Shown: positions 12,771 through 25,975 of the stretch, piece by piece
Numbering within the stretch: position 1 is the stretch's first letter
Layout: each line of letters starts with the position of its first letter
DNA from: Azolla caroliniana
Taxonomy: Eukaryota > Plantae > Polypodiophyta
Length of the DNA: 64,000 nt
Assembly: GCA_043228905.1 (NCBI GenBank)
Contig: JBHGNT010000009.1
Coordinates: 9,176,001-9,240,000, forward strand
Direction: 5' to 3'
Translations under genes and position numbers: made by a program
The notes under the pieces: generated by a model
Told to the model about the DNA's origin: nothing
Database searches by the model: none
The model's input: only the letters and a program-made list of their open reading frames with translations

Positions 12771-14589
12771 ATTCTTAAATTTTTGGAAGTGTCCGAACAC
12801 TTCACTCTTTTGTCGCATCGGGTAGATCCAAGTGTGCCTAGAGAAGTCGTCGATGAAGGTCACGTACTATCGGCATCCGCCGAATGTCGCCATTTGAGTC
12901 AGACCCCATACATCGGAATGAATTACGTCGAGTACGCCTTTGCTCACATTCCGCTCCTTCAGAAATGGGTGTTGATGTTGCTTGCCGAATTGGCAAGCGG
13001 CACACACACCTTCAATCTCTTTCTTCGTGAATGTCAGGAGCCCGATGATGACTCCTTTCGATTGCATTGCCTTGAGCTTTTGGAGGTTGATATGGCCAAT
13101 CCGCTTGTGCCATAACTCTATGTCGGAATCGGCTTTCATGCCCTTTGCCAACATGGCCGATTTCATCTCATGTGGGTCGACAATGAACATTCGACCCTCT
13201 CTTCGTCCGTGTGCGATGAGTCGGCCCTCTTTTTCGATGAAGCAACCGCCTTGATTAAATCATACTTGCATTCCTTGCTCTACAATTTGGCCGACGGAGA
13301 CCAAATTCTTCATGATAGTTGGTACATGCAAGACATTTTTAATATAAGTTTGCTTACCTTCTTCTCCGAACAGAACATTGCCGATGTGCCGAATCAGATG
13401 CGTAGTGTCATCTCCGGTTTCGACATAGCCGGGTTGGTCCGGCTCTCGAAGTTCTCGGAACCATTCTTGATGCGACGTCATATGTTTCGAGGCACCAGAA
13501 TCGACAAACCATACATCTTCCGGATCTGAGACATTAGTAGAAGTAGAGGCCGACATAGAATTCGCTCTATGTCTCATCATGAACATTCCACCGCGATCGT
13601 CATAGTCGGAGTTGATGGCGTAGTTGGTGAGTTGTCGGCTAGTGGAAGCCGACTCGCGTATCTTCTTACGACATTCTTCTTCGTGGTGACTGATTTTTCC
13701 GCAATATCCGCATTCGACCAAGCTTTGTCGGTTCGGACCGGAATGGAAGCTCCCCTTTCTTCTGAAGGTTCCTCGATGGCTTCCGTCTTGATGCCGAAAT
13801 TGCGAGTTGTTTTCATAAGTCGGGCCTTGTCCGCCTCGTCCTTGGCCGAATCGGCCTCTTCTTGCATGGCCGCATCCTCTTCCTCCGTCCGAATGCGTGT
13901 AGAGCATTTGGCCTTCCGAGCCATTACTCCTTGTTCGAACATGGTTTTCTTCGACCAACAACATGGATTGAAGATCGAAGGAGGGTGGATTCTCCCATGC
14001 TAGTATGGTGGTCCGCATCGTGCCGAATCGTGGTGCAAGGCTGTCGAGACATATTTCTACCATCTCGTCATCCTCCACATTTACGCTTATCGAGCCGAGC
14101 GAATCACAAAGCTCCTTGATCTTCAAGGTGTAGCTCGTGACGGGCATATCCCTTTGTTGGATATTATTCAATTCTTGGTGGAGTTGAAGCTTTCTCGCGG
14201 TAGTGTTGGCGGCGAAAATCTTTCGTAGATTCTCCCATGCTTCCTTCGGCGTCTTCACTTCTTGAATGTACCCGAGCATGTGGTCATGAACACATGTCAC
14301 CAAGCAATACATCACTCTTCTTGCCACTTGCTCCCATGTTGCATAGTCGACGTCTTCTGGGTTGGGCCGATTTTCTTGTGCTCCTTTGATGTAGCTCCAA
14401 TAGCCTTGGCCGATGACAAGGTATTGGTGCATCTTGTACTCCCAAGATGCAAAGTTGTTGCGATCCAACTTCTCGCTAGGGAGAGAACTCCCCATTTGAG
14501 TATTCATTGTCGATGTAGATTTCTTCCTTCTTTTCTTTTCCTTCTCTCTCGAACACGACCTATGTAGTCGCACTACGATAGCAATGAGC

Positions 14590-14980
14590 CAATTCTTCTT
14601 GAACGTCGGCGTAGAGCACAACACACGATCACGATGAGGCGAGTGGGCTAGATCGAGCTACCAAATCGCTCTGATACCATGTAAAGAATCAATGGTGATT
14701 CTTGTGTAGCGGAAGAGATGTGTGTTATGTGTATGTGTGAGAGGAAGGAGGAGAGGAGAGAAACACAAGATGGATAAGAGACAACACAATTCTTCTTGAA
14801 CGTCGGCGTAGAGCACAACACACGATCACGATGAGGCGAGTGGGCTAGATCGAGCTACCAAATCGCTCTGATACCATGTAAAGAATCAATGGTGATTCTT
14901 GTGTAGCAGAAGAGATGTGTGTTATGTGTATGTGTGAGAGGAAGGAGGAGAGGAGAGAAACACAAGATGGATAAGAGACA
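14590..14980 (-). repeat. 197-bp tandem duplication covering the Copia-C U5 end, PBS and leader
   Basis: 14590-14783 recurs at 14787-14980, giving two PBS (14668-14679 and 14865-14876). Confidence 0.93.
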
Positions 14981-15333
14981 AAAATGAAGTACTCAAGAAG
15001 AAGGAGATGTATATTAACAAGGAGAATATGATAAATGAAAATGTATCATTACAAGGAGTCACAACCGACTTAGTATGAAGTATGAGGAGGGTGCTATATA
15101 TAGAGTCACCCTCTCTCTTCATTAACTTACAACAACCACTCTCTCTCTTGGGGAATGTGAAGACTCATAGTCATGGGGAATATGTAACTCATTAGTTATG
15201 TGTCATAGAATATGATTCTATGACACATAGTGAATGTGTAGAGAGTAGTGGTGTGACTCTTGACCTTTGAGTAATCATAGATTCTCAAAAGGTGTGTTCA
15301 CACGTTGTGCTATGTTCAGCTTGATTCTCAACA
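14877..15333 (-). repeat. Copia-C 5' LTR
   Basis: Direct repeat of 9226-9681, adjacent to the PBS. Confidence 0.95.
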
Positions 15334-15338
15334 CCTCC

Positions 15339-17060
15339 CACTTGGGACAATTGTTGCAATGTAATGGTTAAGATTTGATGAAAAAGAGATGGTGCAGTGG
15401 TAGAACTATATTCTTTAAGAGAAGAGTCTTGCATTCGATCCTTAACAATGATGTTTTTTTATGAAGGGCACCAAATTTCTCACCTCCTCCAATCGATTCT
15501 TGGGTTATGTAGCTCAAACCATGGCAAACCAAGGATAATTGGATGCTCGGGGCTACGTACTATAATAAAGGAAACTACACATCCTAAATCACCTAAGAGT
15601 ATGTGTATTGGCTCAGACTCTTCGAATATCCTCCCAAAAGCTATGGGACATCCATGAATCACTACTACAGAAATCGGGCAAGGAAGGGTATGCAAGGATA
15701 TTTGATGCTTTTGGGCAAAATCTCTATCCATAAAACAAGAATTGGCACCACTAAGGGATTGGACCTGAAGTTGACAACTCGGTGTCCTAACTTGTACTTG
15801 GGCTGAGAAGACTTTACTAACATGCTTGGAAGAAATGGAACCTACACTAGGTTGTACAGATCTAGAGTTGTCCAACGAAATGGCTCCTATTTTGGCTGGA
15901 CTTATTCATTTGACTCCTCTTCTAATTGACTTAGGACTTCAAACTTATTGGGCAAAGGTGGATTATTCATAATATTAGGATCACTAAGTGCTTCTAAATT
16001 GTTGGACTCAATTTTATTGTCATAGTGAATTTGATTTACCTGACGTCTTGGCCTACAGGAGCAATGAATGGCTATATGTCTTGGACCTCCACAATATAAT
16101 CACAAACGGTTTGCTCGACGTCATTGTTTCTCTTCATTTTTCAATGGTCCTCATCATTGGGTCATATCGATCTCCATGGGTGCAGGCCTATCAATTTGGG
16201 CTGGACTACGTGTTTGCCTTGGAGTTAGAGCAGGGCTATATGTTTGCCTTGGAGATGATCGTGTCGTACTGATGCATAAGTTGGTGTGAATCTTGATCTT
16301 GTTATTTGTTGTTGTTAGTCTCATCGACGCTCAAAAAAACAATTATCGCACCGTATTGCTCTACTAATAGCTTCTGTAAGAGATTTTGGATCCTCGTGGA
16401 ATATAAGAAGTAAGTCTTTTACATCGCTACGAAGACCAGAACGAAACTGCTCCATTAGGGCTTGTTCGTCCTAAGGAATATCGTTTGCGATGAGACGAAA
16501 ATTGGTTTCATATGTCAATGTTGGCTGATCACCCTGACGTAGTGCAAAATCTTGTTGATCGTTGTTTTTACCCCATATGTATCTCCAAAGCAAGCCTTAA
16601 ATTCTTTGACAAATTCCTCGAAATTAAGGAGTAAAGGAGAATTTGTCTCTAATGATGGATCAAACCATGAGAACTCTATACCAATCAATAAGGTGCCCAC
16701 TAACCCAACTCGAGATGCATCTATCGGATAACATGTGGGATGCATTTGAATTACCAACCGCACTTGATTTAAGAAACCTCGGAAATGCGCCCTCGAACCA
16801 TCAAATTTAGCAGGGAGGCTGATTTTGGGCTCCTTGATAATTCCTTGACCTTCAACCCTTTGTTGTAAAATTACGATTGTTAACTCTAGTTGTTGCACCC
16901 ATCGCATAAACTCCTCTTGTTGTTGTTGCTTCTCCACAGTAACCTTTTGTAGATCTCCAAGAAGACGTTGATTCTCTAATTCAAGAGATGCGAACTTGGA
17001 TTTAAGATTCTCCATTTCAGCAACAAGGTTAAGATATTCTTCTGAGTTGATGGCGGCCAT
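15339..17060 (-). pseudogene. Gypsy-B gag and protease (broken)
   Basis: Coiled-coil N-terminus, EPKISLPAKFDGSR, zinc knuckle CLYCGGPRHIAIHC near 16060-16110, SGANSCFMD..IILGLPWF. Confidence 0.88.
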
Positions 17061-17115
17061 GGTTTCATGATTTTTATAGAGGAGGATAAAGGAGAGAGAG
17101 AAATTCGAATCAAAC

Positions 17116-17553
17116 TGTCAGAACCAAGAGAGAAGATAGAGTGACAGAAGAAAGATATAAAGAGATCACAAGAAGAGAGGAATGAAATGATAAGAGAAGA
17201 ATGAATGTATTAAAGTAGAATGAGAATCGATACAAGATAGGTGATGAGAGCTTAAGACTAGTGTTTATTCAAATTGATTTGAGAATATATGTATGCTCCT
17301 ATTTATAGGTTCCTATAGAATAGCCTAGAGATTTCTATAATGTTCTAGAATGTTCTAGACCTAGAATATTCAAAGATGTTCTAGGATATTCTAGAATGTT
17401 CTTAAGTATTTACAATAATCAGATTATTACAAGAAGTAGCTTTTATTATCTCATATGATCATAGCCTATCTCAATGGTTGGGTTCTTGATTATGTATTAC
17501 AAGGTATTGGGTTCAAGCCTAGGTGAAGCCATGATGTTTATGTATTCATGACA
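17116..17553 (-). repeat. Gypsy-B 5' LTR
   Basis: TGTCA..TGACA ends; direct repeat of 5966-6400. Confidence 0.93.
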
Positions 17554-19980
17554 GTCTTCTTCTCCATGATGTTTATGTCTCGGCTCCGAACGACCTTCTT
17601 GTCAGCTAAGTCCCATAGCCATTAGCCAAAATCATTGTCGTCGTATCCCAAAAATATGCATGGCCGAGTTTTTGGATCCAGTTTCCCCTCTAGTCCTTAA
17701 CAATACACAGGTAGACAACAACACAGTCGAACACCCTCAAGTGTCAGTATGAGACATCCTTGCCAGTCCACACCCTTTGTGGAATATCTCTGTCCAAGGG
17801 TGTTGAGGGTGATTTGTATATCACATACACTGTGGTCATCAGCACCTCAGCCCAGAATGTCTTGGACAACTTGGCATGTGCTAACATACTTCGGACCATC
17901 TCCATGATGGTCCGGTTCATCCTCGCGACCAACCTATTGAGCTCTAGCGTCTTTGGCAAAGTGTACTCGAGTCTAAATCCCTTCGCCCAACAGTATTCTT
18001 CGAACGATCCTCTCCTCCATTGTCCACTCGAACTGCTTTTAATTTCCAACCGATCTCCCTCTCGACTCTCGCTTGGAACTCCTTGAAGACCGACAACACC
18101 TGGTCCTTGGTCTTCAATACGAAAACCCACAACACCCTTTGTGGAATATCTCTGTCCAAGGGTGTTGAGGGTGATTTGTATATCACATACACTGTCGTCA
18201 TCAGCACCTCAGCCCAGAATGTCTTGGACAACTTGGCATGTGCTAACATACTTCGGACCGTCTCCATGATGGTCTGGTCCCTCCTCGCGACCAACCTGTT
18301 GAGCTCTAGCGTCTTTGGCAAAGTGTACTCGAGTCTAAATCCCTTCGCCCAATAGTATTCTTCGAACGATCCTCTCCTCCATTGTCCACTCGAACTGCTT
18401 TTAATTTCCAACCGATCTCCCTCTCGACTCTCGCTTGGAACTCCTTGAAGACCGACAACACCTGGTCCTTGGTCTTCAATACGGAAACCCACAACTTCCG
18501 ACTACAGTCATCGATGAAGGTCACAAAATACGTTGGTATGCATGAGCGCCAACAGTGTTCTCTTCCTTGTCGAGGGCCTAGTTCAAAAAGAGGTTATGTT
18601 CTGCTTGCCGGCCAAGAAATTGGTGTACTTCTCAAGTTGCATGTTCTTCACCTCCGGAATGAGGTTGTCATCAGCAAGTCTCTGCATCCCCTTCTCACTC
18701 ATGTGGCACAACCTCATGTGCCATAGTTCATTGACTATGTCAGCTGCCACATTCACTTCCTCCCTGCATATTTGAGCATGCATTAAGTACAATGTGTTAG
18801 TCTTACGAGCTTGAGCCACAATCAAGCTCCCTTTGTAGAACTTCAAGATGTCGTTCCAAATGCTACCTGTGTAGCCTTCATCATCCAGCCGACCGAATGA
18901 CATCAGATTCAATCTTACTTCCGAAATGTGTTGAACACCTCTCAATACTAGTCTACACCCAGTAGATGTTTCCAAACACACATATCATATGCCGACAATT
19001 CGACATGCTCCTTCATTTCCCATCTTTACAAAACCTTTGGTCTCCGACTCTATGCGATGAGAAGCACTTCCGGTCGGGGGTTAGGTGAAACGATGCTCCG
19101 GATTCGACCCATGTCAATTCATCGTCGACAAGATTCATGTCATTCTGCTTACTGATCAGCAGCTCCTCCTCACTTGTCACGATTGCCGAGGTGTTCTTGT
19201 TGTCCAGAATTTTCTTCGGTTGAACATTGTCGCCTCCCTCATTGTCTTTCCGATAGTGTCGGCAATTTTTTTGGAAGTGTCCTGGTTTCCCACAATAGAA
19301 GCACATGGGCCTTCCCCTTGACTTTGACCTAGTCCCCGACTTTTCCCAATTCTAGGGACTTTTGTTCCGGCCTCTTCCCTCATTCGTGTCACTTTCCGTA
19401 ACTAAGGCCTTTGGATCAAAAATTGCCTCTCTCTCCTTCCGGCGAGCTTCCTTATTCAGCATGCTTGACTTCACCTTCTCTATGGATAAGTGTTTCCCTT
19501 CCAGTCCGGCATTACCCAATGTGACGACGAGTGTCTCCCAATTGTCTGGAAGGGATCCCAACAATAATAATGCTAGTAGTACCTTGTCGGCTAGAGGTAC
19601 TTCTAAAGAGGTGGTTTGGTTTATCAGGCCTTGGAAGACATCTAGATGTTTCGCCATGTCGGATCCATCTTGATACCAGAGTCTCACTATTTCCTGGAAC
19701 ACTGAGACTTTGTTAACGAAGTTTTTGTTTTTGAACATAATGACAGTCTTCTCCCAAACGACATCCGCTTTGTTCTATTCATTGAAGTTGTTGTATAGAA
19801 TCATGTCTATAAAACATCTTATGTATGTTGTTACCTTCAGGTGCATGACTTCCCTAGTCGATGCATCAATATTGTCCGGTTTGGTCTTACCATACTACAC
19901 CATCAATTTGAACACCAACATGTCCCTCACCTTCGACTTACACAATGAATCATTGGAGCCGATTAATTTGAACATGCTGC
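17554..19980 (-). pseudogene. Copia-A gag, protease and integrase (broken)
   Basis: LLGSLPDNWETLV, CFYCGKPGHFQKNC, WVESGASFH, LWHMRLCHMSEKG, TFIDDCSRKLWV, VRVDNGGE. Confidence 0.9.
17770..18495. repeat. 362-bp tandem duplication inside the Copia-A integrase
   Basis: 17770-18133 and 18132-18495 differ by only a few substitutions; 2-bp junction microhomology. Confidence 0.95.
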
Positions 19981-20003
19981 AAACGAGTGCTATGATACCA
20001 GTT

Positions 20004-20269
20004 TGTTGAGATCGAAGCCGGCCACAACTGTTTTGTACTCTAGCGTATGCTAGTGCAAAGATTTGAACAAACAAGAAAAACAGGAAGCAGAAATACACTA
20101 GTACAGTGACACAAGATGTTTTACATGGAAAACCCTAACAAGGAAATACAGAGATACTCCAAACTATCTCACTATGCAAAAGGAAATACAGAGAGACTCC
20201 CAGGCAACAACCTTGGGTTCATCTTCTTCGCCGGATGGCGGGTACAACAAAGATGCAACAACACGCTCT

Positions 20270-20303
<34 letters not shown>

Positions 20304-20588
20304 CACTATTACAACAACATGAACGTTATACTAACCTTTTGCCAGGCAAGTTATATTTATACTTATATAACTTAGGGCTATTTACAAATCTGGCCTAAAT
20401 AGGTGCAACACTAAACCTATTTACATATGTGGCCTCTTCCGGATGCCTATCCGGATTCGATCTGAACACTGATCCAGTTACTGATCCGCATTCGGATCCA
20501 AATCTAGATCCAGTCTCTCTTTTCCTTCGTATCCTGCTTATCCGAGTCATGCTCTCCTTCCCATCCAGAGGGACCTTGTTTCCTAACA
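20004..20588 (-). repeat. Copia-A 5' LTR
   Basis: Direct repeat of 3792-4377, followed by the TSD AAGGG. Confidence 0.93.
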
Positions 20589-21109
20589 AAGGGATATAAG
20601 ATTAGAGGCGTTGTTTAAAAGTAGAAAAAAAAGCAAGGCATAGATATGAAGATATAGGTAGAGAAAAAAAACCTCATAACTTCATCTAATATCCAATTTT
20701 CAAAAGAAAAGGTTCATAAAAAAGATGTCAATGAGGGCTTTCCAAAAATATCTTGTGTGATAAATTTGGGATTCAAAAAGAGAAATAGTGATAAAAAGAA
20801 AATCGCCTCACATAAACTCAAGCTTTTTTTAGAAAAGAAAAGCAAGAATAATGCAATGAAAATCCTATAAATAAGTGTGTATTCTTAGTGCAATATCTAA
20901 ATGACATTCAACAGAAGGTTATGTTTATTAATACTCTTAAGATCAATTCATTATGCAATTTGGGTACCACAATTGATGTGAAAGTCTAATTCAATCAACA
21001 TAGGTGCTCCATCAAAGTCGTCAAGGAGAAAGGGTTGTTAGTCCTTTGTAAAACAAGAGACTAGTGGATATTTATCTCCAATTAAACATATTAGAATCTT
21101 GGATTTTCA

Positions 21110-21479
21110 CCAAAGGCATAAAAAGTATGACTGACATCAAATTGTGGCACAAACATATTGCCCATGTCAACCAACAAAAGTTGTGGTCAAGGTAATCAAG
21201 AGATGTCAAGAGTTAACTGTGAAAGCCACAGTAATACATCACAACATGGTGTGGTCTATGAAAATGAGACATTGGACCTCGTCCTAGTAATTTACAAATC
21301 TATTAACTAATACAAGGCACAACTTGTGGCAAAAGGCTATGATCATTCTCATGACATCAACTACAATGAGACCTTTGCTCTAGTGGAAAAAATTAAGGTT
21401 GTGCAAATTGTACTAGCCCTCGCCATGAATAAAGGGTGGATTTGAATGTGTTCCTCAAAGAGCTTGAGGATGAAATATA
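21110..21479 (+). pseudogene. Very old, heavily deleted Copia pol remnant (host of Copia-D; resumes at 25976-26003)
   Basis: DIKLWHKHIAHVN, YKAQLVAKGY, DINYNETFALV, ELEDE; continues as IYMIEPPEF after Copia-D. Confidence 0.75.
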
Positions 21480-24400
21480 TGTTGAGATACAAACTCAACA
21501 TTGGGTGCATAAACCAAGAGGCCGTTGGATAGATATTCCGCGGAGGAATATATTTTGGGAATTAATGTAGGGGCTCATTAATGAGCATTGAAGTATGATT
21601 CAGTACTTCTGTCAATCTGTATGGACTTGTATAAAAAGTGCTCTCTGAGCACATCCTATATACAAAGTGCATTGTATTGTTTGAATTAAGTTTCTGTGTT
21701 TTTGCTCTCTCTGTCTCTCTCGAGTATTTTTTGTTTTCTTTCTTTCTAAGCCTTCCATTAAACCTTCTGTTCGTTATTTTGTTGTATGCATAGCTTTCGC
21801 CCATAACTTTTACATGGTAGAGCGCAAGGGTTGAGACTCCTCTGTAGTTGACAGAAAAAGCAAGTGAACAAGACAGAGACAAGTTCTCGGTTTCAGAAAA
21901 GAAAAGAAGGAAAGAAATGGATAGAAACATCGCAAGCTCGCTTCCTACGGAAAAGCTCGACCGGAGCAACTATGTTTCTTGTTCATACAAGATGCACCAG
22001 TATTTGTTGGGGCATAACTACTGGAGCTATGTAGAAGGAGCAAATGTAGCAGCACTAGAGTCAACACACAAGGAATTTCCAGTGTTAGAACAAGGAGTGA
22101 GCAAAGTGTTGTACTGTCTCGCATCCTACATGCATGACCAGATGCTTGGCTACATTAGAGACGCGTAGATGTCGAAGGAGACCTGGGAAAATCTGAAAAA
22201 GATTTTCACCGCAAGTACCACGGCTCGGAAGATACAACTCAGGCAAGAGCTCAACAGTATCCGACAAAGGGACATGTTGGTGACCGACTACACCACGAAG
22301 ATAAAGGAGACCTACGATGCATTACGGTCCATCAATGTCACGGTGAATGAAGACGAAATGGTACAAATCTGCCTTGGTGGTCTAGCGCAAAGGTACGGGC
22401 CTATCCGGACGACAAACCATCGTCCTTCTTCGACCTACAATCGATGCTAATGGTCGAAGAAAACCACGCGAGTGGGTCAAGGACAATTCAATTGGACATC
22501 CGGAGGTTGTACACGGAGGCGGATTGGCCCCGTGGGCGTGGAGGACGAGGTGGGTCGGCACGCAGTGGAAGCGGCCGACAAGAGCGAAATCGGAGGCACA
22601 ATGATGGTGCCGACAACAGTTCCGGACCCTCCACAAGCAGGGAGAATCAAGGCGGTGCCGGGAGCCGGCAAGAGAAGACCACAACAGAATGTTGGTACTG
22701 TGGCCGGAAGGGCCACAGAGAAAGCGAGTGTTGGAAGAAGCACGCCGATCTGAACAAATCCAGATCGGGCAAGGCTGATCGGGGAAACCGGCAAAGCTCG
22801 CATTATGCGTAGGGACCGGATCCTTCCGGTTCTGGAGATGGATTGGGCCCGACCTTTGTGGTGAAACACAAGGCCAATTCGATGAAGACAAGCACCTCGA
22901 AACCGAATGAGGTATTGTATGTTGATTCCGGAGCGTCAAACCAAATGACAAGCCACGAGGAGTGGTTTGCTTATCTAGAAAAGCCGGAACAACCAGGGGT
23001 GGTCGAATACGCATACCATCGAGCATGTCGGTGAAGTCCCCCTCAACCATGTTGGGTAGAAGGGGAAGCTTATGAACATCTTGCATGTCCTGACAATAAC
23101 AAAGAATATGGTGTCGGTCGAACAGATCATCGACCAGGGAATGCAAGTGCCATTCACGCATCTTAGGTGCTTCATCGACGATGAGGGCCAAATTATCGTG
23201 CAAGGGCGCAAAGACGAGAGGATGTTCATCCTCGACACCAATGACGTTGGGATCGCATTGTTCGCGAAAGGACAAAAATTTGAGTCGGATATCAACTTAT
23301 GGCATAAGAGCATAGGCCACGTCAACTACAAGAGGCTTCAGGACCTACAATCGAAACAAGTTGTGTTCAGATTGCCGAAATTCAGTGGCCATAAGGCCCC
23401 AATTTGTGAAGCCTACCAACTAGGGAAGCAACACCGACTTGCCTTCCCAAACAAGCGTAACTAGAGCCGAAATACACTTCACTTGATACACTCAAATGTA
23501 TGGGAACCGGCACAAAACGTAAGTCTTGGCGGGAGTTGATATTTCGTCTCCTTCATCGACAACTACAACTGGGACACATGGATCTACCTCATCGAAAAGA
23601 GGAGTGAAGTCTTCAACTGTTTCCGAAACCTGAAAAATCTTGTTGAAAGGGAAACAGAGAGGAAGATCAAGTGCTTGCGGTCGAATGGTAGAAAAGAGTA
23701 TTTTTCTGGCCAATTCAACTATTATCTGCAACAAATGGGAATTCAGCTCGAATTCAGATGCAGATATATGCCGAACCAAAATGGCGTAGCCAAAAGGAAG
23801 AATTGTTTGGTTGTGGAAGCGGAACGAACGATGTTGGAAGAAAAGAGCATGCCCATGTTCTATTGGGCCAAGGCAGTACAAACAATGGTCTACATCCAGA
23901 ATCGAATTGGAGAAAAGGTGTCTGTTATGAGTTGTATTTCGGAAGGAAGCTGAACCTACAATACCTGAGGTATTCGGGAGCATTGCCTATGTGCACGTGC
24001 CCAATGAGAAGCGAAGGAAACTAGACCCGAAGTCAGAGAAATGCGGGTTGGTCAACTACTCATTTGAACAGAAGGGTAATAAGTGTTATAACCCCCGAAC
24101 CAAGCAAGTTCGAGTGAGCCGAGAGGTCGTATTCGACAAATCCGCGTCATGGTACTTCCCTTCGCCTCTAATCCCTGACAACTCAATTACAATCTCTGAA
24201 GACAAGGTCAGTGAGGCCGAAATGCCTCCCGACGAAGAAGCAATCAGAGCTCTTGAAGAGAGTTCGATTTCATTCAGGCTAAGCGGGCCGAATGAGAGAC
24301 TCAGTCGGAATAACCAGTCTGAAGACGAGCCGACGAGTAGTCGAGACTAGGCCCTACAATCCCCACGCCGGAAGTCGAGGAGACGGCTTACGCGTGAAGA

Positions 24401-25975
24401 GAAGGGAAAGAAGAAGATGTCAGAGTATAGCATTGATAAAGACAAGTTGGATCAAAGTGAATTTGAGACCGAGAAGAACGAAGACAGATCTTCAGAAACG
24501 AAGTTCGGGTCGACCAAGTGGGCCTCAAAATCGGTTAGTGAGCTATTACGCCGATCTACCCGCTAGAAGGACCCCGTGGTGCGATTCGGATACAACGAGT
24601 ACATGGAGCATCATTATGCGTCCATGAGCCGGAGAGATACGCAAAAACAGCGAAGGACACAAATTGGCATGCCACAATGGAGGAAGAGATGCATGCAGTA
24701 GGGGAAAATGAAACATAGGACCTGGTTAACGCCCCAAAGGGTGTAAAGCCGATTAGATGCATGTGGATGTACAAGGTCAAGTACAACACTGACGACTTTG
24801 TCAACCGCTACAAGGCCCGGTTAGTGGCGAAGGGATATGTACACAACAACACGGTATCAACTACGATGAGACCTTTCCGCCGGTCGCAAAGATGATAACC
24901 ATTTGTTTCCTACTTGCGGTAGCCGCGTAAAGGGGTGGTATTTACATCAGATGGATATAAAGAATGTGTTCCTGCAAGGAGAACTTGAGGAACAGGTGTA
25001 CATGGTACAGCCCCCCGGATTTCAATCCAGAATGAACACCTCGACGGTATACCAACTAAAGAAGTCCCTCTACGGACTAAAGCAAGCCACACACACGTGG
25101 AACGCGAAGATTACGCAGCGCCTGTGTCGGATGGGGTTTGCGACATCCAAATTAGACTCTTCATTGTTCATTCTGCAAGGTCGACATGAACCGGTTAGTA
25201 TTTTACTTTATGTTGATGATTTAGTCATCGTTGGCGCCGACCTAGATGAAATCGTAAAGTCCCAGCTCACGGCATCATTCGACATGAAGGTCAAGACCAA
25301 GACATGGTCAAATGTGGTCAAGGGCCTAAAGACCGAAAACGAATTGGAGACAACCAATTCGGACAAAAGCGGAAACGAATCGGAGACAACCAATTCGGTT
25401 TGAATGTTTGATTTGGGGACGCTGAATCAATTAAAGGACAAGCGGAAGAAAGGGCAATGAGAGTGGTGCCAACACCGCGACAACAAGGGAGCTGGGAAAG
25501 GCCGCATGAGCAGACAAGTCGACCAAAAGGGTCGAGGTGCGCGGAATCGAACGGGTCGTGGAGCGCGACTAAGGCGTGAATCCAAGAGAAGCCGGAGCGA
25601 AGAATCGGAAGAGCAGGCGGAACCTCAAGTTGAGCTTGAGGGGGAGTTTTGAGATACAAGTTGCGTAAACCAGGAGGTCATTGGATAGATATTCCGTGGA
25701 GGAATATATTTTGGGAGGTAGTGTAGGGACTCATTAATGAGCATTGAAGTACGAGTCGGTACTTCTATCAGTCCGTATTACTATGGTCTTATATAAAAGT
25801 GCGCCCTGAGCACATCCTATGTACAGAGCACATTGTATTGTTTGAATTAAGTTTCTATGTTTTTGCTCTCTCTATCTCTCCCGAGTACTCTGTGTTTTCT
25901 TTCATTCTAAGCCTTCCATTAAACCTTCTATTCGTTATTCTGTTGTAAGCATAGCTTCCGCACATAACTTTTACA
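21480..25975 (+). mobile_element. Copia-D: internally deleted Ty1/Copia element (D/E/F family)
   Basis: LTRs 21480-21814 and 25647-25975. TSD ATATA at 21475-21479 and 25976-25980. PBS damaged (tggta---gagc). PPT gagggggag. Confidence 0.93.
21917..25403 (+). pseudogene. Copia-D gag-pol, lacking the RT C-terminus and RNase H
   Basis: EKLDRSNY, CWYCGRKGHRESEC, YVDSGASN, LWHKSIGH, LLYVDDLVI; jumps from FDMK to the 3' extension near 25290. Confidence 0.9.

Larger units (their letters stand above)
9695..14507 (-). pseudogene. Copia-C gag-pol (frameshifts, integrase C-terminus deleted, solo-LTR insertion)
   Basis: EKLDRNNFASW, CGYCGKISHHEEEC, WFVDSGAS, LWHKRIGH, LRSDGG, QQNGVAERKN, ILYVDDLVI. Confidence 0.92.
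9226..15333 (-). mobile_element. Copia-C: Ty1/Copia element nested in Gypsy-B
   Basis: LTRs 9226-9681 and 14877-15333. TSD CCTCC at 9221-9225 and 15334-15338. Met PBS tggtatcagagc abuts the LTR. PPT at 9682-9693. Confidence 0.96.
5966..17553 (-). mobile_element. Gypsy-B: Ty3/Gypsy chromovirus (Tcn1/Tf1-sushi-like) nested in Copia-A
   Basis: LTRs 5966-6400 and 17116-17553. PPT-like ggggagatag at 6401-6410. Order gag-PR-RT-RH-INT-chromodomain. No TSD because the left junction is deleted. Confidence 0.93.
3792..20588 (-). mobile_element. Copia-A: Ty1/Copia LTR retrotransposon (Tnt1-like), outermost element of stack 1, decayed
   Basis: LTRs 3792-4377 and 20004-20588 (TG..CA). TSD AAGGG at 3787-3791 and 20589-20593. 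Degenerate Met PBS (tggtatcatagc on minus, ~19989-20000). PPT agggggagtt at 4378-4387. Order gag-PR-INT-RT-RH. Confidence 0.95.

Noticed and set aside
3620-21000. An older LTR (starting TGTCGTGATG) hosting Copia-A and ending near TCAACA at 21000
   Set aside because: No TSD, partner LTR or convincing PBS; left uncalled.
22382-23275. Long antisense ORFs over Copia pol (also 29212-29736 and 32551-33096)
   Set aside because: Shadow frames of GC-rich coding sequence with no recognisable domain.
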